A stretch of DNA of 64,000 bases. Source: Planctomycetota bacterium. Lineage in GTDB: Bacteria > Planctomycetota > B15-G4 > JADJEK01. The position numbers and the translations under genes are program-made. The notes beneath the pieces are model-generated. The model was given only the letters and a program-made list of their open reading frames with translations, did not search any database and was not told the origin of the DNA. Shown here piece after piece: positions 59,973 through 64,000 of the stretch. The stretch lies in assembly GCA_016213895.1 (NCBI GenBank), contig JACQZJ010000099.1, forward strand, positions 12,481 through 76,480. The letters are read 5' to 3'. Position 1 is the stretch's first letter. Each line of letters opens with the position of its first letter.

Positions 59973-62030
59973 ATGCGTGCACCGGGCGGAGCTTTTCTCG
60001 TTCCCGTCCTGACCGCGGCGCTCCTTGCCGCGTCGTGCTCCCTGCTCCCCGAGCGCGAACCCGAGGCGCCTTCCTCGCGCGAGGCCTGGCTCGATCTCTT
60101 GCTCGCGGCCGAGGACGCCCGTGACCCGGGCAGTCCGACGCTCACCCAGGCGATCGCGCGCGAGGATCCCGTGGTGCGGCGCTTCGCGTACCGCGCTCTC
60201 GGCCGCGCCGGCGGCCTGGAGGCTGTCCGTCCCATCCTCGCCGCGCTCGTCCGAGAGCCCCTCGTGGAACTGCGCGCGGAGGGCCTCTTCGCCCTGGGTC
60301 TGACGCACCACTCGTCGGTCGTGGACGCGGCCGAGCGCTTCCTCCTCGACCCGAACGATTCCGTGCGGGCAGCAGCCGTCACGGCGCTCGGCCTGGCGGG
60401 CGATGACCGGGGCCTGATCACGCTTCTCGAGGCGCTGCGCGATGCATCGCCGCAGGTGCGGTCCGACGCAGCCCTGAGTCTGGGGCGCCTGGCCGCCAGC
60501 CGAGAGGACCCGCTCGCGGGACGGCCGATCGCCGTGTTCCTCGTGCTGGGCGAGGCGCTGCGCCGCGACCCGGACGCGCGCGTGCGCTGGGCCGCGGCCT
60601 ACGCGGCCGGCCGGCTGCGGCGCGAGGAGATGCGTCCCTTCCTGGCCGAGGCGCTCGGCGACGGCGACGCGCGCGTGCGCGTCTTCGCCTGCGAGGGCCT
60701 CGGGCTCCTGCCTCCGGAAGCTGCGAGCCGGGAGGGGCTGATCCGCTGCCTCGCGGACGGCGACTGGACCGTGGTCGTGGAGGCGGTCAAGGCGCTCAAG
60801 GCCGATCCGTCCGAGGAGGTGTTCGCGGCGCTCGCGCCCTTGCTTGCCGGAAAGGGCCGCGCGGGCCACGCGTCGCTGCACGTTCGCGCTGCCGCGGCAG
60901 AGGCTCTCTCCCCGTTTCTCGGGATGAACGGCTGCCGGCCCGCGCTTCTCGCGGCCCTCGCCGACAGCGCGGAGTCCGTGCGCGGAGCCGCCCTGGAGGC
61001 GCTCGCCTCGCCGGACGATCCAGAGCAGGCGGCCGCGCTGCTCGAGGACGCCCTCGCGGGAAAGACGGCGGCGCAGCCGACGCGCTACCTGCAGAGCCGC
61101 GCCGCGCGCGCCGCGGGCCTGCTCCCCTGGGAGCTGGGTTGGCCGATCGTCGAGCAGCTTCTTCGCGATCCGGAGGTCGCGGTCCGGAGCACGGCCCTGG
61201 GCGCGCTCGGACAGTTCAAGGACGCGCCCGCGGCGCCGGAGCCGGCCCTGCGCCAGGCTCTGGCCGAGAAGGACCCGGCGCTGCGCGAGGCGGCCGCGAG
61301 CGCTGCGGGCGCGCTCGAGCTCGCCGGACTCCTGCCCGACCTGACGCGCGCTCTCGACGAATCGGCCGGCGCGGACTTCGTCGAGGCGCGGGTCTCCCTG
61401 CTGCGTGCACTGGCGCGCGCCGGCAAGGAGGAGGCCGTGGCGTGGCTGCGCGACTACCTCGACGACGAGGAGGCCGCGGTCAGGGAGGCCGCTCGGGACG
61501 AGCTGGCGCGCCTCGGGGGCATGATCCCGGCCCTGCCGCGGCCGCCGCCGCCGCGGCGCGGCGTGCTTCCCCGAGCCGGCAGGGACTTCGCCACGGGAAG
61601 GCCCAACCCGGTGGTCAAGCTCGTCACCGGCAAGGGGCCGTTCGCGCTGGAACTCCAGGCCGACGAGGCGCCGCACCATGCGGCCGCGTTCCTCGAGCGC
61701 TGCCGCGCGGGGTTCTACGACGGGTTCACGTTCCATCGCATGGTGCCGGGTTTCGTGGTTCAGGGACTGGATCCACGGGGGGACGGGTACGGCACCGGCG
61801 GCTTCTCGCTGCGCGGCGAGGTCAACACGCTGCGCTACGAACGCGGTTCGGTCGGCATGCCCGACGCCGGGCCGGACACGGGCGGCTGCCAGATCTTCAT
61901 CACCTTCAGGCCGCAGCCGCGCCTCGATGCGCGCTACACGATCTTCGCTCGCGTCGTCGAGGGCATGGAGATCGTCGAGCAGCTCGACGTGGGAGATCGC
62001 GTCGAGTACGTGGTCGTGCCGGCGGAGTAG
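59973..62030 (+). CDS. HEAT-repeat lipoprotein with C-terminal cyclophilin-type PPIase
   Basis: LAASC lipobox, many HEAT repeats, FYDGFTFHRMVPGFVVQG, DTGGCQIFI and YTIFARV motifs. Confidence 0.9.
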   Translation: MRAPGGAFLVPVLTAALLAASCSLLPEREPEAPSSREAWLDLLLAAEDARDPGSPTLTQAIAREDPVVRRFAYRALGRAGGLEAVRPILAALVREPLVELRAEGLFALGLTHHSSVVDAAERFLLDPNDSVRAAAVTALGLAGDDRGLITLLEALRDASPQVRSDAALSLGRLAASREDPLAGRPIAVFLVLGEALRRDPDARVRWAAAYAAGRLRREEMRPFLAEALGDGDARVRVFACEGLGLLPPEAASREGLIRCLADGDWTVVVEAVKALKADPSEEVFAALAPLLAGKGRAGHASLHVRAAAAEALSPFLGMNGCRPALLAALADSAESVRGAALEALASPDDPEQAAALLEDALAGKTAAQPTRYLQSRAARAAGLLPWELGWPIVEQLLRDPEVAVRSTALGALGQFKDAPAAPEPALRQALAEKDPALREAAASAAGALELAGLLPDLTRALDESAGADFVEARVSLLRALARAGKEEAVAWLRDYLDDEEAAVREAARDELARLGGMIPALPRPPPPRRGVLPRAGRDFATGRPNPVVKLVTGKGPFALELQADEAPHHAAAFLERCRAGFYDGFTFHRMVPGFVVQGLDPRGDGYGTGGFSLRGEVNTLRYERGSVGMPDAGPDTGGCQIFITFRPQPRLDARYTIFARVVEGMEIVEQLDVGDRVEYVVVPAE

Positions 62031-62049
62031 GCTGGGCGCCGCGCGGCTG

Positions 62050-62281
62050 GCCCGGACATCTCATCACCGGTGCGCGAGAATCGGCGCAGCGCATGGGATT
62101 CAGAACTGGTTGAGGCCGACAGGCGGGATGCGGCCGCAGAGCAAGGTGTCCTGGCCGAGTCATCGTCGCCGAGATCGAGGCGCGAGGAGAGAATCAACTC
62201 GGCGGAGTTCTTGACGACGAGCGACGACGAGATCGGCGACGAGGGCCGGCCAGGCGCGCACGGGTGGTGAGATGTTCGGGC
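62050..62281. mobile_element. MITE-like element (family C), about 230 bp
   Basis: TIRs gcccggacatctcatcaccggtgcgcg / cgcgcacgggtggtgagatgttcgggc (24/27 match); abuts the TAG stop of the neighbouring gene. Confidence 0.65.
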
Positions 62282-63501
62282 TACGCGAAGCGTTCGCCGG
62301 CGACCGCACAGACGGCGCGCAGGAGCGCGCCGTGCGCCGCGGGCGGCTCGAGGAAGCGGGCGGCAGCCAGGCACGCCGCGGTCACGGCCAGGGCGCGCGG
62401 CGGCTCCGGATCGGGAAGGACCGCGACCACGCGGAACAGGGCGCGGCGCACCCGGTCCGCCGCGGCCGCGTCGTGGAGGAGAGGCCGGGCGCATTCCACG
62501 GCGGCGCGCGCGTCGCAGCGCGAGAGAGCGTCCTGCAGGCGCTGTTCAAGGTCCTCTTGCCGGATTCGGCCGGGCGTCTTCTCCGGCACGGAGTTGGCGA
62601 GTCCCTCGAGCAGCGGCTCGTCGCTCTCCCGCCGCAAGAGCCCGCGCAGCACGTGGTCGAGGAGCAGGCGCTGCTTCTCCTGCGGCAGGCCGCGCATCAT
62701 CTCCGCGGCCGCGCAGGCGAGCAGGAGGTTCTCCCTCTCGCGGCCGGAGTTTTCGCAGGAGCGCTCCAAGAGGGCCGCCAGGGCCTCTCTCTCCCGCGCG
62801 GACGAGAGGAGGGCGTCGAGAGCGGCGTGCGCGGCCGGAGCGTTGAACTTCTGCAGCGCGTCGAGCAGGCCGGCCGCGGAAGAGGAGCCCGGAATCGGGG
62901 GCGAGCCCTCGCGCGCGGCAACGCGTTCGCCGGCATCGCGGCTGGAGGCGGCCAGGAAGCGCGCGGCGTGGCGGGCGAGGATCCCGCGGTCCGGCGCGGC
63001 GACCCTCTCCAGGCCGTGCAGGAGGGCGTTGACGAAGATCAGCACGCGGCCGCGTGCGCCCGCGCGCTCCACGGCGAGAGCGCGCAAGGCGCGGCGCACG
63101 TTCGCCGCGCCTTCCGGCGTCTCGATCGTGACGAGGTGGGAAGCGACCTGCTCGGCGTTTCCCTCGGCGATCGCGCCGCGCAGGTCCGGGCAGGGCGCCA
63201 GCGTCCGCGGCGGCTCCAGCGCGGCCGGATCGGCCTTCGGCATGGCGGCCAGGAAGCGGGCGACGGAGCGCCCGATCTCAGGGAACATGCGCAGGCGCTC
63301 GAGGTCCGGGACGACGCGTTCCAAGGAATGGACGAGCGCCAGCGCGCCGATGGAGGAGGTGAAGTCGACGTGGTGCGCCGCGCACACGTAGAGGCTCGCG
63401 AGGATCTCCTGAGTGGTGGCGCCCTGGGCCAGGCGCTCGTCGACCAGATGCTGGGCATCCAGCGCCCGCGACAGAAGGATGGCAGAACGAAGAGGATCCA
63501 A
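62281..63501 (-). CDS. Hypothetical all-helical protein
   Basis: Long GC3-biased ORF; likely TTG start with GAGGG upstream; no family recognised. Confidence 0.6.
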   Translation of the reverse strand: MDPLRSAILLSRALDAQHLVDERLAQGATTQEILASLYVCAAHHVDFTSSIGALALVHSLERVVPDLERLRMFPEIGRSVARFLAAMPKADPAALEPPRTLAPCPDLRGAIAEGNAEQVASHLVTIETPEGAANVRRALRALAVERAGARGRVLIFVNALLHGLERVAAPDRGILARHAARFLAASSRDAGERVAAREGSPPIPGSSSAAGLLDALQKFNAPAAHAALDALLSSAREREALAALLERSCENSGRERENLLLACAAAEMMRGLPQEKQRLLLDHVLRGLLRRESDEPLLEGLANSVPEKTPGRIRQEDLEQRLQDALSRCDARAAVECARPLLHDAAAADRVRRALFRVVAVLPDPEPPRALAVTAACLAAARFLEPPAAHGALLRAVCAVAGERFA

Positions 63502-63677
63502 CCGCTTCCCTCGCCTACTCGGGAACCTGGCCACAAGGGTTCCCAAAGGGCGCGGCGATCGCAACCGGAAAATCGCTCCCGGGAGGCGCCGGCTGGCGCG
63601 AGGGCCTGGGGCGGGCCGTCCTCAGTGGCGTTCTGTCGCCGCCGGAGCGCGGCTCGCGAGTAGAATCGGCGCCCGCC

Positions 63678-64000
63678 ATGGCGCGGCGCACTTCCATGCC
63701 GAGCGAGCGGCTCGTGTTCGTGACCGGCCTGTCCGGGTCGGGCAAGAGCGCGGCCCTGAACTGCTTCGAGGACATGGGCTTCTTCTGCTCGGACAACGTG
63801 CCGACCGTCCTCATTCCCGAGTTCCTGCGGGTGGTCAAGGCGCGCGGCGAGTCCCTGACGCGCGTCGCGCTGGTCGTGGACGTCCGCGAGCGCGACTTCT
63901 TCGACATGTTCCTGCCCACGGTCGACTCGATCCGCACGCATGACCCGCGCCCCGAAATCGTCTTCCTCGAGGCCTCCGACGAGGTCCTGCTGCGGCGCTT
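63678..64000 (+). CDS. rapZ: RNase adapter RapZ (YvcJ), runs off window
   Basis: VTGLSGSGKS..FEDMGFFCSDNVP, VVDVRE and FLEASDEVLLRR motifs. Confidence 0.9.
   Translation, partial: MARRTSMPSERLVFVTGLSGSGKSAALNCFEDMGFFCSDNVPTVLIPEFLRVVKARGESLTRVALVVDVRERDFFDMFLPTVDSIRTHDPRPEIVFLEASDEVLLRR

Overview
This is a very GC-rich bacterial chromosomal window of about 50 genes. It is probably from a Planctomycetota-like lineage, inferred from FG-GAP secreted proteins, an ECF sigma factor with a long extracytoplasmic extension, a DUF1080 protein and a sulfatase. Main contents, left to right: the 5' part of a large DUF4011/SF1-helicase (Hhe-like) gene; a split reductive pyrimidine-catabolism cluster with a plant-PYD1-type dehydrogenase and no preT; a SAM methyltransferase, three different HgdAB/double-cubane-family proteins and an ATP-dependent activase in one operon, next to zupT; secreted proteins; an Rpn nuclease with an internal start; a 2-oxoacid oxidoreductase whose gamma subunit is fused to a GltD/DsrL-like flavoprotein; nadE; folE-queD-dusB; ispG; and rapZ. 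Three genes carry in-frame stops that the ORF track splits. One is a clear UxxC selenoprotein. One is an FG-GAP protein whose TGA is followed by a SECIS-like hairpin of the same geometry, making it a candidate new selenoprotein class. The third is a nitrilase with a GAG>TAG change. Intergenic DNA holds a long (~330 bp unit) dispersed and tandem repeat family and inverted-repeat-bounded MITE-like elements, one nested inside the long repeat. A ~135-bp foreign fabF fragment replaces the 5' ends of two divergent genes and may be an assembly chimera. No rRNA, tRNA or CRISPR array was recognised. All calls come from reading motifs by eye; no searches were run.
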